DNA of 64,000 nt, from contig NC_090378.1 of the NCBI RefSeq assembly GCF_036365525.1, positions 104,972,151 through 105,036,150 of the forward strand, read 5' to 3'. The notes beneath the pieces were generated by a model. The model made no database searches. It had not been told where the DNA came from and saw only the letters and a program-made list of their open reading frames with translations. Source of the stretch: Heterodontus francisci. Taxonomy: Eukaryota. Position 1 is the first letter of the stretch, and the number at the start of each line of letters is the position of its first letter. Of the stretch, positions 1-12,406 are shown in pieces. Made by a program: the position numbers and the translations under genes.

Positions 1-455
1 ACTGTCCTATGAAGAGAGATTGGGGAAACTGGGCCTGTATTCTCTAGCGTTTTGAAGAATGAGAGGTGATCTCATTGAAACCGACAAAATGCTTAAAGGG
101 ATAGACAGGGTAGATGCAGGGTAGATGTTTCCCCTAGTTGGGGAATCTAGAACCAGGGGACACAATTTCAAAATAAGGGGGAAGCCACTTAGGACAGAGA
201 TGAGGAGAAATTTCTTTATTCAGAGGGTTGTGAATCTTCGGAATTCTCTACCCCAGAGGGCTGTGGAAGCTCAGTCATTGAGTATGTTTAAAGTAGAGAT
301 TGACAGATTTCTAAATACCAATGACATAAAGGGATATGAGGATAGTGTAGGAAAAAGGCATTGAAATGGGTGATCAGCTATGATCGTATTGAATGGTGGA
401 GCAGGCTCGATGGGCTGAATGGCCTACTCCTGCTCCAATGTTCCTATGTTTCTAT
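1..455 (+). mobile_element. CR1 LINE 3' end
   Basis: ORF2 C-terminal peptide (TRGHNFKIRG..EMRRNFF..RVVNL.NSLP) and CR1 terminus gggctgaatggcctactcctgct followed by a short repeat. Confidence 0.9.
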
Positions 456-590
456 ATACATCTCGGACTCTACCTTCCCGAGTAGAAAACCCACACATTC
501 CTAACCGTTGAAGAATCAAGCAGACGGCAGATTGGTAAAGGGACATCAGAGACATGAACAGCACAACTGTAATGCAAAGAAATAGCTTAC

Positions 591-662
591 CTCACATGAC
601 TGGATGCAATGGATAAGGTGGGGGTCTGGGTGCCATTGCAGCATGCCTGTGCACACTATACT
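591..662 (-). CDS. PAPPA2: Pappalysin-2 internal coding exon (72 nt, end of CCP5)
   Basis: ttttgcag|AGT ATA...TGT GAG|gtaagc. Translation [24 protein letters not shown] vs recalled human PAPPA2 [24 protein letters not shown]; closer to PAPPA2 than to PAPPA. Phase 0 to 0. Confidence 0.96.
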
Positions 663-743
663 CTGCAAAAAAACAAAATGGTTATTTCTTTAGTAGAGTT
701 AACAAGAAAAACAGAACTTGCAGATTACACAAATAAAGAATGT

Positions 744-870
744 TCTTGCTTTTATATAACACATTTTATGACCACCCCCCCTCCCCCCAGGATGTCTCAA
801 AGCACTTCACAGCCAATGAAGTATTTTGAAGGTTATTCACTTTTATAATGTAGGAAATACAGCGCAACCA
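744..870 (-). mobile_element. DeuSINE (SacSINE1-like) tail fragment
   Basis: Same motif as 1435-1808 (tttatata..ca..ttt..ga...aggatgtctcaaagcacttcacagccaatgaagta). Confidence 0.65.
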
Positions 871-1808
871 ATTAACCAATTTTTCAACTCATGGTGGGCA
901 ATGAGATTTGGCAAGACATCTGTGACAAGGTGTTTCCTCCATTTACCCAGGCTGCAGCTCATTAAAAAGGGCTATTGTTGTGCTTTGAACCATCAAACAG
1001 ATGCTTTTGATCAAAGGGCAACTTATGGAACATTTCACATGTGCTATTGCACCCCCCCCCCCTCCCATCATGTCATTTGCCGCTGTTGCTACTAGTTACA
1101 GATGTGTTGCTCATCTATCTGCAGTTCCCAGTCAGACTCGCTGCCATCCTGGGCAATGTAGCATCAGGTTACAGTGATGGGTCTATCCAGATGGATCAAA
1201 GTTGCCGATTCAACCTGTCATTTGTCCTCCAAGGATTCGACAATTGAATAAAATGTGCTAGGGCTGAGACTCTGGGCTCCTGCTCCTGCTCACTGTGCAG
1301 CAAGTCCTGCAGGGCGACATGACTTGCCTAGGTCTCAACTGACGCCAGAATGGGGCTTGGATGTGATGCCCCTATTTTTGACAAATTTTGAACAATGCCA
1401 TTTTCCACTCACTTGATGCAATATTAAAAAAGAGAAGAAAGTCTTTCATTTATATAGCACCTTTTGCAATCTCAGGACATCACAAAATGTTTTACAGCTA
1501 ATGAAGTACTTTGTGAAGTGTACTCACTGTTGTTATATAGGAAACACGGCAACCATTTTGCACACAGCAAGCTTCCAAAAACAGCAATGCGACAATGAAC
1601 AGATAATCTATTTTAGTGATGTTGGTTGAGGGATAAATATTGGCCAGGACTTGGGTTGAATTCCGCTGCTGTTCTTCAAAACAGTGCCATCAATTGTTTA
1701 TATCCACGGAGAGGGCAGACAGGGCTGCAGTTTAATGGCTCATCCGAAAAACAGCACTTTCGACAGTACAGTGTTCAGCATTGTACTGGAGCATCAGCCT
1801 AGATTTTG

Positions 1809-3765
1809 AGAACATAAGAAATAGGAGCAGGAGTAGACCATATGGCCCATCGAGCCTGCTCCGCCATTCACTACGATCATGGCTGATCTTCGGTTTCAAC
1901 TCCACTTTCCCTCCCATTTCCCACATTCCTTGATTTCCTGAGAGACCAAAAATCTATCTATCCGAGCCTTAAATATATTCAATGATGGATCATCCATCTG
2001 GGGTAGAGAATTCCGAAGATCCACAACCCTTTCAGTGAAGAAATTTCTCCTTATCTCAGTCCGAAATGATTGTCCCCTTATTCTGAGACTGTGTCCCCGT
2101 GTTCTAGATTCCCCAGCCAGGGGAAACAATCTCTCAGTGTCTACCCTGACAAGCCCCTTCAGAATCTTGCAAGTTTCAATGAGGTCACCTCTTATTCTTC
2201 TAAACTCCAGCGTTATCGGCACAATTTACTCAGCTTCCCATCGTAAGACAACCCACTCATCCCAGGAACCAATCTAGTGAACATTCGCTGTACTGCCTCC
2301 AATGCAAGTATATCCTTCCTTAAATATGGAGACCAAAACTCTACACAGCATTTTGTTCACCTCCCAATGCTGGGCTCCGTGGTGGGTGGGGGTGCCGGAA
2401 GATCGGAGCGGCAACAGCCTACCACGGACCCCGACGCTGGGATTGCTGGGCCTGATCCTCCCAGCGGCAGGGAAGCTATGTGGCGGCCTCTCTGATGCTC
2501 TACGATGGGACCCTGGTTTAAATATTTAAATTAACTTTATGCATTCAATTAAATGAAATTCTCCACGATCTTACCTTCAGTTTTGGATCTTCAGCATGAT
2601 GGGTGGCGCTCACGCACCTTCACTTTCCCGCTCAGGGAAAGTTGGCACCACCAAGGTACAGAAGGGGGGGATCCCAGCATCTATAGAACAGTGGTGGGGG
2701 GGGGGGGGTGGGTGGTGGTGGGACAGGGTGAACTTTGCTTTTTCGTGTGGAGGGGAGGGGGTCAACTCTAATTTTAGTGTAGCGGAGGAACAAGGCAAAT
2801 ATGTATTTTCAGCGTAGTGGGGGAGGATGGGGGCAACTCTGCATTCTCTATGCAGGGATGGCAGCCCTTTAAAAATGGCGCCAGTGCCTGCGCAGAGACA
2901 GTTGACGCCAGTCATGGCATTGCCGAGGTCACCCCCGCCATGTGTGTTTGGGGGCGTGGCGACTGCCCTGCATAATCTAATGAGCCGCCGGGCTTAAGAT
3001 CGTGGCGGCGCTCAGCCCATGCGTGTCAGCCACCATTTTTTATGCCCGCCGCCAATGCCAGTGGCGGGAAAACAAAATTCAGCCCAGTATTTCAGGTGCG
3101 GTCTCACCAAAACCCTGCACAATTGTAGCAAGACGTCTTTATTCCTGTACTCCAATCCACTTGCAATAAAGGCCAACATGCCATTTGCTTTCTTAATTGC
3201 TTGCTGCACCTGCATGCTAAGTGTCTGTGTTCCTTATATGAGTACACCCTGAACACCAACATTTCCAAGTTTCACGACTTTCAAAAAACATTCTGCTCTT
3301 CCATTCTTACGATCAAAATGAATAACCTCACACTTTTCACATTATACTCCATTTGCCATCTTGTTGCCCACTCACTTAATCTGTCTATATCTCTTTGCAG
3401 CCTCTCTGTGTCCTCCTCACAGCTTACATTTCCATCTACTTTTGTATCATCAGCAAATTTAGATACATTACTCTCTGTCTCTTCATCTAAGTCATTATTT
3501 ATAGATTGCAAATAGCTGAGTCCCCAGCACTGCTCCTTGTCGCACTCCACTAGTCACAGCCTGCCAATTTGAAATGCCCCATTTATGCCTACTCTTTGCT
3601 TTCTGTTCGAAAACCAATCCTCTATCCATGATAATATATTACCCCCAACTCCATGAGCGTATTAACCTTTTGTGTGGCACCTTATCAAACGCCTTTTGGA
3701 AATCCAAGTATACTACATCTACTGGCTCCCCTTTATCTACCCTACTAGTTACATTCTCAAAAAAC
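1809..3765 (-). mobile_element. 5'-truncated CR1 LINE (RT/C-terminus), interrupted by a MITE at 2349-3084
   Basis: Minus ORFs with SKFADDTK, LQRDIDRL, LVRPHL.Y, RTRGHSL. 3' tail agaacataagaaataggagcaggagt at 1809. Confidence 0.9.
2349..3084. mobile_element. GC-rich MITE, Harbinger-like
   Basis: Right end aaaattcagcc; cag at 2346-2348 and 3085-3087 duplicates the CR1 target (tacacagta). Reverse-complement homologous to 59927-60790. Confidence 0.7.
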
Positions 3766-4214
3766 TCTGGAGTCGGACTTGAGTTCAGAACCTTCTGACT
3801 CAGTTGAGGGTGCTCTGACTGAGTCCTGACTAATACGGCTTAATGATTAAGCTATAATAATGCACAACTATATTCCGGTTTATTTCTGTGACTGTCTTGG
3901 TGAACCTACAGTTATCCTGCCATGCTGATGGCCATGCATGACACTGGGACCTGAATTTAAGAACTGCCCAGTGCTCTTGAATGGCAGAGATTAGAACTAC
4001 ATCTAGGTCCCGATATCCCCATTTTTCAAGAATAAGCCTCAATAATATAAGCTGGAGGAAGTCATCATGGATATCACAATCCTACCGTCACTCAACAACT
4101 ACATAGTTTGCAGTCCAGGGAGGGGCAATGGACAGCAATTAAAAGCTTAAACCCCCCAGGGGATTTTTTTCCCTCTCCCTAGACCACAGCTGCTGAAGCT
4201 AATACCTATTATGT

Positions 4215-4625
4215 GGGGATACTGAGGAAGCTGGGATTATTCTCCTTCAAAAAGCAAAGGTTGAGGTATTCAAAATGAAGAAGGGTTTTGATAGTGTACA
4301 TAGTCAGAAACTGTTTCCACTGGCGGGAGGGTCGGTAGCCAAAAGATACAGATTCAAGATAATTGGCAGACGAACCAGAGGGGAGATGAGGAGAGTTTTT
4401 TTATTTATGCAGTGAGTTATTATGATCTGGAATGTACTGCCTGAAAAGGAGGAGGAAGCAGATTCAATAATAACTTACATAAGAGAATTGGGTAAATATT
4501 TGAAAAGGAAAAATTATCAGGGTTATGGGAAAGATCAGGACAGATTGGATTACTTTTTTAAAGAGCCAGCACATGCACGATGGGCCAAATGGTCTCTTTC
4601 TGTGCTATTAGATTCTATGATTCTC
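4215..4625 (+). mobile_element. Old CR1 3' fragment
   Basis: gaagctgggattattctccttc...atctggaatgtactgcctgaaa...gatgggccaaatgg...ttctatgattct terminus. Confidence 0.8.
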
Positions 4626-5211
4626 TGATATCCACTGTCCCAGCTGTGATCAACCATCTCAGCACAGGCCAGAGATTACTATCCACCAACAGGAAGAACC
4701 AGCACATAAATACATTCCTGGAAATGGCCCATGGGATGATTCTACAACATCAGGAACTATGGAATTACAGAACCACTTTTAGTAATGCAAAGGGGAATCA
4801 AGATCAGCTTGCAGAAGAAAGGGGGTAGGGGGGAGGAAGCTGAAAGAAGGACATGGAGCACAACTGGCAGGGAAAATGTATCTGTTCGCTTGAATTTTGT
4901 AAGGACCTGTGAAAAATGGAACAGACACCATCACTTAAAAGAGAAACTTACACAAGTTGGACCAGGAACTTCCCTTGCAGGTCTTGTGTAAAGTTGGCCC
5001 CTATTACTGTGATTTATAACCTGGTGCTCATGTAATTCATACTGCACTTATTTCACATTCCAAGTGTCACTGCCCTACTGTGCTACAGAAAACAGTCATT
5101 TTCTTAACCCTGGGCTGTAAAGGATTCAGTTACACAGGGGCCAGTCAGGTACATTGACTTATATAACTGGGTTTGAATAAGTCTTGAAGTGCAGCCATCA
5201 CTATTGTTTTG

Positions 5212-5475
5212 TCAAAGGCCAACTCTGGTTGAACGCATTCCTGGAGGTTTCATCACATGCCCGCCCATCACCTTGCATAGTCAAATAGCCTATTTACCCA
5301 TTTCCAGTATTTCTATGATTAAAAAACAAAAGTATTCAAAGAAAATGAACAAAAAACACATAATTCCTTTTAGTGCCTCAATGATTTTTCTCCCGGGTTG
5401 CTCGCAGCAGTGCTCAGGATTTCAATCTTTGATTCCTGGAGACTCCAGGGCATTCCTGGAGAGTTGGAAACCCTA
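5212..5475. mobile_element. Possible small hAT-like MITE
   Basis: Ends approximately inverted (ggccaactctgg...ttcctggag / ctccagggcattcctggagagttggaaaccct), resembling AGGGTTGCCAAC termini. Confidence 0.4.
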
Positions 5476-7224
5476 CACAACCCGGAGTGGTACCTTTCTG
5501 GACAGACATCAGGAAAAAAATCCAACACGCTGCGCCAAAGAGAGAAACAGGACCGCGGGTCTTTATGTGGCATTTCTTAATGCAATTACCTCTCGCTGTG
5601 GTAGGGCTCCTAATCTCAAATGTATTACCCAAACAATTCTTAGGCCTAGTATTTTTGCTGGAAGCAGCAAGGGATATAGTGGGGGGGGGGGGGGGGTGAG
5701 GGGGACGAAGTTGCAGGATAGTTCTAGGAAATCTGTAGGCTCCACAGGGAATGAAAGAACAAAGCTGAGTTGCATTTCTGGCAGCATCCCATAACTGGGT
5801 GGCCTATGAACGGAGGCCCAGAAATGTACAGGACAGCAGTTGGCACTGGTCTGCATTGCTGTCCTGCAGTGTTAGACATTCAAAAATATAACACTACTTT
5901 TGTTACATTTCCTATAAATACAGCTGCAGCAAAGCGAGGAACTAATGATTCAGAACCAGTTCCAATAACTTGCTCTCACTCCACTGCTCTCAAACCAGTG
6001 ATGCGGTCAATACCTGTGGAAATCACTCAAAGGTTAATTGAAATCAAGGCCCACTTTGGGGTGGACATCTCACATAAAAAAAAACCTCTCTTCAACCTAT
6101 AGAACATGTGCCTACAAAATGGCCTTTTCTTTTTGATCCTCCAATTTTCTCCCTTTCTCTACTTACAGCACTAACTCATGTCGGAGTTTAGTTCTGCAGT
6201 CGACTGCCATCTCAACCATATAGCCATTTTCCATGCAACAGTGCTCTTTGACTTTGCAGGATATTGCAGTTGAGCTCAGCCCTCTCCTCATTTAGCACCC
6301 ACACACATGCACCTCCCAGTAAAAGTCATGGGACAGGGACTGGGGAACTCTGGATAGCGTTTGCCTTTCACAGTTCAGCATTCTGAGGCCTATCATGATG
6401 TCCTAGCTGAAATCAGCCAGGAAGGAAAGAGGCTGGGGATGGAACCTGATCATTTTTACACTGCACTGATTTATCGAGAGGCCAAAATCAATGGCCAAGA
6501 GGCTTATTTTTTTATCTAAAAGCACATTGGCACCTTTGTCTGTTGCAAATTTGCAAACTATTGAAATCCACTGTGCTTCTTGCACGTGAGAGTGAAGGCT
6601 ACTTGAGACTGCTTCCTTTCCAGGGAGGAAGAAAATGCTGAGTGTTTCTTGTGGAGACATTTTACCAGCTGTATTTCCAAACAAACACACACTTTGTTAC
6701 AGCATCACTGTTTACTGATTCACTCACTGATCTCAAATCCAGAATGGCTGCTGCAATATACATACAAACACAAGGAGAGGCAACTAACTGCTCAATCTAT
6801 ACTCCAGATGGCTTCAATCTAAGAACATACAGGTGTGCCCACTTTGATTCTAGAAGACTATTTCAAGAGACCAATTCCCATGTGCTGTTCCATTGGCTCA
6901 GTTTTCAATATGGAGACCCAGTGTGAAGATGTGCAGGATCAGTTACTCACATTTACTTTTTCTACTGTTGGCCTCAGTCCAACAGCAGAATTGCACAGCG
7001 AGTGATCCCATCAGTTCCTGGCACCTGGACTTGTGTACACTGAGGAGCACAGCGGCTGGAGAGAGTGCCACCCATTTGTAGTGGGGTGCACAGCATGACA
7101 TATCAAGCCCTCATAATCTCAGCAAGTCGTTACTGCTTTCACAAAGCAATTCACCACACTGCAACTGCCTCACTCTAAAGATGTGAATAAGGCAATTCAC
7201 AAGCTCCTCTCCTTTACCCAACAA

Positions 7225-7790
7225 ATAGGAACATAGGAGCAGGAGGAGACCATTCAGCCCTTCAAGCTTGTTCTGCCACTCAATTACACCATCGCTGATT
7301 TCTAACTCAACTCCATTTATCTGCCTTAGCTCCTTATCCCTTAATATCCTCACCCAACAAAAATCTATCAATTTCAGTTTTGAAATTTTCAATTGACCTC
7401 CAGCCTCAACAGCATTTTGGGAAGAGAATTTCAGATTTCCACTACCCTTTGTGGGAAGAAGTGTTTCCTGATGGCACTCCTGAATGCCTCATGTCCTGGC
7501 CTCTCCCATCACAGGAAATAGATTCTCTCTATCTAGTCTGTAAAATCTTTTAATCTTCAAACACCCCTTAATCTTTTATACTAAAGGGAATAATTTAAGA
7601 AACCTGGCCTCATGACTTAACCCTTGAAGCACCAACATCATTCTAGTGAGCCTGCACTGCACCACCTCAAAGGCCAATATAACCTTCCTGAGGTGTTGTG
7701 CCCAGAACTGAACACAATACTATATAACAGTAGCGTAATTTCCTCTCCTCTATATTCCTGATCATTGTGCCTTAAGCAATCTTCTTACTG
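7225..7790 (-). mobile_element. Old CR1 3' fragment
   Basis: ggaacataggagcaggaggagaccattcagccc tail plus degenerate ORF2 C-terminus on the minus strand. Confidence 0.8.
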
Positions 7791-8354
7791 TAAATGTCTG
7801 TACTGCAGAGAGGCAAATCATCATTCAGTCACTTCCCTACCCAACTTCATTCACTTTCTCCCAAGTCACATCCTCTGCCACTTGAGTTGTATCACTTTTC
7901 TGGCAGTGGTTCAAATAGGTAAGCTTGACAAGCAGTCCCTTAAGAGAGAGTTTTTTTGGAAGTTCTTTAAAGGTGAGTAAGGTAGAGTAGCTTTTGAAGA
8001 GGATCCCAGAAGGCAGGGGCACAGTGGCTGGAAGGATGGCCTTCAATGGTGGAGCGAAGAGCTCTAGTTAGGCTAATGTTGTTTACAAAGATGGAGATGC
8101 TACAAAGAAAGAATCAAAGAAATTGATCATCAAGGTGATGGAAACACAGATAAGGGGGGGGGGGGGGGGTTGCAAGTTGGGGCATAAGCAGGCAACATTT
8201 CATATGTGGCACAAAGCAATTTGAGGAGCAGCCTGGAAGCTCGAGCTTGACCAACATCCTGCGGTTGCTCATGATCGGATTCAGACGCAGAAGGGAGCCA
8301 GGGAGATTGATGGCTCCAGGAACAGCTGAACAAGATGGCTGCGATCTTTTATGT

Positions 8355-9025
8355 GTCAGCCATGGTTCAGTGGGTCGCATTCTCCTCTCCAGGTCAGAAG
8401 ATTGAGAGTTCACGTCCCATGCCATGTTCTACTTTAGAAAGTCAGTCGTTGAAGGTTATTGCTGAAGCCAACCTTTACTCAGTCTAATATTTATTTTCAG
8501 AGTGAAACATTACAAGCATACACTTCCTAATTCAACAATACCACAGTTTCAGTAAGTGTCTCTTTATATGTACTCAAGTGAAACCACAATTAATGCCCTC
8601 CATCTGCATAAATTAAATGCAATTGAAATACAATTAACACTCCAGAGACTTGAGCACAAAATCTAGGCTGAAAACCCATTGCAGTACTGAGGGAATGCTG
8701 CACTGTCAGAGGTGTCATCTCTCAGATGCAACATTAAACCAAGGCCCTATCTGCTGTCTCAGGTAGACGTAAAAGATCCCAGCACTATTCAATGAAGAGC
8801 AGGGAAGTCCTGGCCAACATTTATCCCTAACCCATCAGCAGTCGAACAGATTATCTTGCTTTTTCTCATTGTTGTTCGTGGGTCCTTGCTGTGAGCAAGT
8901 TGGCTCTCACTTTTCCAACATTACAGCAGTGACGACACATCAACAAAAAGTACTTTATTGGCCATAAAAGCATTTGGGATATCCCGAGATATTGAAATGT
9001 GCTAGCTGTATAAATGCTAGTTCTT
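8355..9025 (+). mobile_element. SacSINE1-like DeuSINE (head 8355-8419, body 8638-9025)
   Basis: tRNA-like head gtcagccatggttcagtgggt...gagttcacgtccca; body ctccagagacttgagcacaaaatctaggctg...; L2-type tail gtataaatgctagttc. Confidence 0.8.
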
Positions 9026-10109
9026 CCAAGTTCTTTCTTTGATAACATTGAGCTGTAGGAACTTTCTGATTATGCAGCACTAAATATCAAATGGCTGGCT
9101 GGATATACAGCATCAGCCTTGGAATCAATGGTAATGGTGCAATTGTCTCAACATACACTTGGAAGCTGAACCCTGTGCTTGCAACAGGCTGTATGAGCAT
9201 GAACAGAGAACATATTGGCAATGTAGTAACTTATCTGGTACAAGTAGGCATGGGACAACAAGGGTATGCGGCCATGGAAGGGACATTTTGGAGGGCACCA
9301 GAAGGTCAAGGATAGCCAAGAGGAACAATCAAGCTCTGGTTGCAGTCATACTGGATGACACGGATGGCTTTGAATAGGGCAGCTTAGTTTCTGGAGAGCT
9401 GGAAGGGAGATTGCAGTGTGCCTGTATAAGAAGTGATGCTCACATAGTTGAACGGCAAGAATTCAGACCTTGCAGAGACAGGCAGCAGGTTACATGTAGC
9501 ATGGTAATTTGAAGATACCAAAGTCCAGTGTGTTTCTTTCACCACAAACCACCCTCCGGCCCCACCACCCACGCCCAAGAAGGAGAACAATACTTGAAGA
9601 TACAAAAAAAAAACATAGGTAATATTCACAAGCATGGGGCCAGGATGGAAAAGTTGGAAAAGGGTTGAGGGGGCAAGTTGTAGGCTTCATGGAGGAAGCA
9701 AGATTAATGAGGAAAGGTAGTGTGTGAGGGTTGGAGGAGATAGGTGAGATGCTGAGTGCAGGGGCTAGAGAGGGAAGGGAGTTAGCAGTGGGTGGATGGA
9801 ACAGGGGATACAGAGAGTTCCTTCTATCTAGTACCAGAGGTGGTGATGGAAAATATGGGAGAGGGTGGATGAAGGCACTCCCTGGTTGGACCTTGGACCA
9901 GAAATTTGGAGTTCGGCAGGGACCTTCCTGACCACTGGAATGTGCACCTTCACTCTACTGCTGGAAGTCCGAGACCTGATGATTACTTGCCCTTGTTCTT
10001 CCTCAGATCCTCCTGTCACATATCTTCAGCACCCCTCTGCTGGGGAAGTGAAATTGGAGACCTTGAAGCCCTTCACTTCCCCACCAACCCCTCACTCATG
10101 ATAATGTTA

Positions 10110-10250
10110 ATGCTAAACGTATCAACAAGAGTAGGCCATTCAGCCCTTTCAACCCTGTTCCACCATTCAGTAAGATCATGGCTGATCTATACCTTACTTA
10201 CAGTTACTTGCCTTGGTTCCATATCCCTTAATAACCATGCCTAACAAAAA
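10110..10250 (-). mobile_element. CR1 3' tail fragment
   Basis: agagtaggccattcagccc...agatcatggctgatc motif. Confidence 0.7.
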
Positions 10251-10872
10251 CAACTTTAGGTGCAGGCCCAATGACATATTATGGTGGGAGCCCAGAAAAT
10301 CCCAGGGTGGGGCAGATCCCTGACATAACACGTGTTATTCTCTTGATCTTCTTTAAGATGGATGAGGAACTCAACTGTGTATCTGCAGTAAAGTGGAAAA
10401 TATACTCTCCTGTCTTTATGGCTTGCCTAACTTGTCTAACTCTGACCCTCTAAGCCACAGCTGATCTTTTCAATTCCACCAGTGCATCTTTCTAGGAACT
10501 GATCTTCCACATCATCAAACTGCTTCTCAGTTACAACTTAATAGGCTTAATGAATGTGCAGTTTCCAGGCTGTTCGGTAATTTTTTTTAAACAAAATAAT
10601 CTAGTTTCATCTCAAAATATCATAAAGAATGGAAGGAAAAGCCCTGGTCAAAAATACTCCAATTTTGTCACACTTCGATCTTGTTTTTAGAAATTGACCC
10701 TTTTCGGAGATTTGAACTTTGCTACAGATCCCGTACATTTTCCTTCCCAGCAGTGGGTTGTATTTTTTTTGTTGTTATTTGGTCTGTGCAATGTTTGAAG
10801 CTGCCAAAAGGCAATGATTTGCACTGTTAATTGTCAAGTTGATTTAGCTGAATTTTCCACCCTTCACTACTA

Positions 10873-11262
10873 GATATGGTGGCGTTGCTATTAGGTTACT
10901 GCAGTAATAATCCAGAGGTTTGAGCTAACAATACAGAACATGTGGGTTCAAATCCCACCATGGCAGTTTGATAATTTAAAGTCAGATTTTAAAACAATGG
11001 AAATAAAAAGCTGGTAATACTACCATGAAGCTGCCAGATTGTTGTTTAATTAGTTCACTAATGACTTGCTTCCCTTATCCAGTCTGGCCCACATGTGACT
11101 CCAGTCCCACACCAGTGTGGTTGACTCTGAAGTGGCCTCGCAAACTGTTCAGATGCATCAAATTATGGTTCAAGAAAGCGGTCCAGCACCATCTCCTCAT
11201 GACAATTAGGGATGGACCACAAATGGCAGCCTTGCCAGGTCCACATTCTGAAAATTATTTTA
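10873..11262 (+). mobile_element. Older tRNA-headed SINE of the Zenon-like LINE family
   Basis: B box ggttcaaatcc; body tagttcactaatg...acatgtgactccag; tail ggttcaagaaagcgg...caattagggatgg shared with the LINE 3' end. Confidence 0.75.
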
Positions 11263-11278
11263 TTTTTAGAATCCTCAC

Positions 11279-11388
11279 CTGCACCTTGGGTGGTTCCATC
11301 CAGTGCTCCATAGTGTCGGCAGTTATATTATTAGACAAAACCACTGCATCACTGGGGGGTATCACACACGATGGAATACACACAGAAC
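11279..11388 (-). CDS. PAPPA2: Pappalysin-2 internal coding exon (110 nt, CCP5)
   Basis: catttcag|GT TCT...GTG CAG|gtgagg. Translation (G)[36 protein letters not shown] vs recalled human [37 protein letters not shown]. Phase 1 to 0. Confidence 0.96.
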
Positions 11389-12406
11389 CTGAAATGATGA
11401 AACACATCCACAAATTGGGATCATGTTAAATGGTAGACACAAACATACACTGCAATAAGAATTTTGGCCCAATTACTACCATACTCTTTATCCCCTTCAT
11501 TTTTATTGATACAATATTATTGTAGCTATTATATACAAGAGATAATCTGGGTGTGGGACATACTGCTCTATGTTTTGATACATATCATTGGAAGACAAAG
11601 GCAGACAATTCAGGACTACTTCTCATATCTCTGTAAACACAACAATTATGGATGATCCCGAACACACTTATCTTCCAGATATAGAGCAAAAGCAAACAAG
11701 CTCAGAACCTGGAAGAGGGCAGGGAGCAGGAAAGATATGCCTTGGCTCATTTCTAGGTCCTGGATATTTTTGAGCCAGGTTGTGAATGTGATCAGGAGCT
11801 CATGTAAGAAAAATAGTGAAATGGGAGAAAGAAAAAAGTCAAACATGGCCTGGTTTTAACACAGTGAGACTGAGACAGTTTTGTATTGATAACCATTGTA
11901 TTTAAGGTTGGAATCAACAAGGGAACTGTATGGACCACAGCAGTCCCAGTGTGACCAGCTGGTGGTTTATATAATTGTTTAGTCCATAGAAAGACACACC
12001 CGATCAGTACATGGAACTTAACAGACTAAAACATTTACCATTTACTCCCATTATACCAACATGAAATATTATTGGTAATGGGCAGTACTTTCTACACTGT
12101 AGCTCCAAAGATCTAAATAGAATAAAAAGGAGATATTTGGCACCAAATTAATATCTTAAGCATTTGGCGCGGTGAGTATTACGTAATGCAACAAAACAGT
12201 TACAGCACAGAAGCTGATCATTTGGCCCAACAGGTCCAAGACATGACATGGTTCAAAAATATCCAGGACCTAGAAATGAACCAAGGCATATCCATCCTGC
12301 TTCACACGAACCTCCTCCCACTCATGTAATTATCTAAAACTTTCGTCCAGTTAGCCTAACATCTGTCATTGGGAAAAGGCTGAAAACAAATATTTTGGAA
12401 GTACTG

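Larger units (their letters stand above)
1435..3830 (-). mobile_element. SacSINE1-like DeuSINE split by a CR1 (pieces 1435-1808 and ~3763-3830)
   Basis: Body and L2-like tail at 1435-1808 end in cagcctagattttg. The tRNA-derived head resumes at ~3763 (tctggagtcggacttgagttcagaaccttctgactcag). Colinear with the + copy at 8355-9025. Confidence 0.8.

Noticed and set aside
5680-5705. G-runs as functional G-quadruplexes (also 2695, 8153, 12464)
   Set aside because: Simple homopolymers, some inside repeats and prone to sequencing error; no evidence of function.
5189-5794. 201-aa ORF
   Set aside because: GTG start, crosses a putative MITE and a G homopolymer, no recognisable domain.
11530-12150. Ancient L2-like RT remnant (also 7900-8120 and 9560-10100)
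   Set aside because: A few suggestive codons only; too degenerate to delimit.
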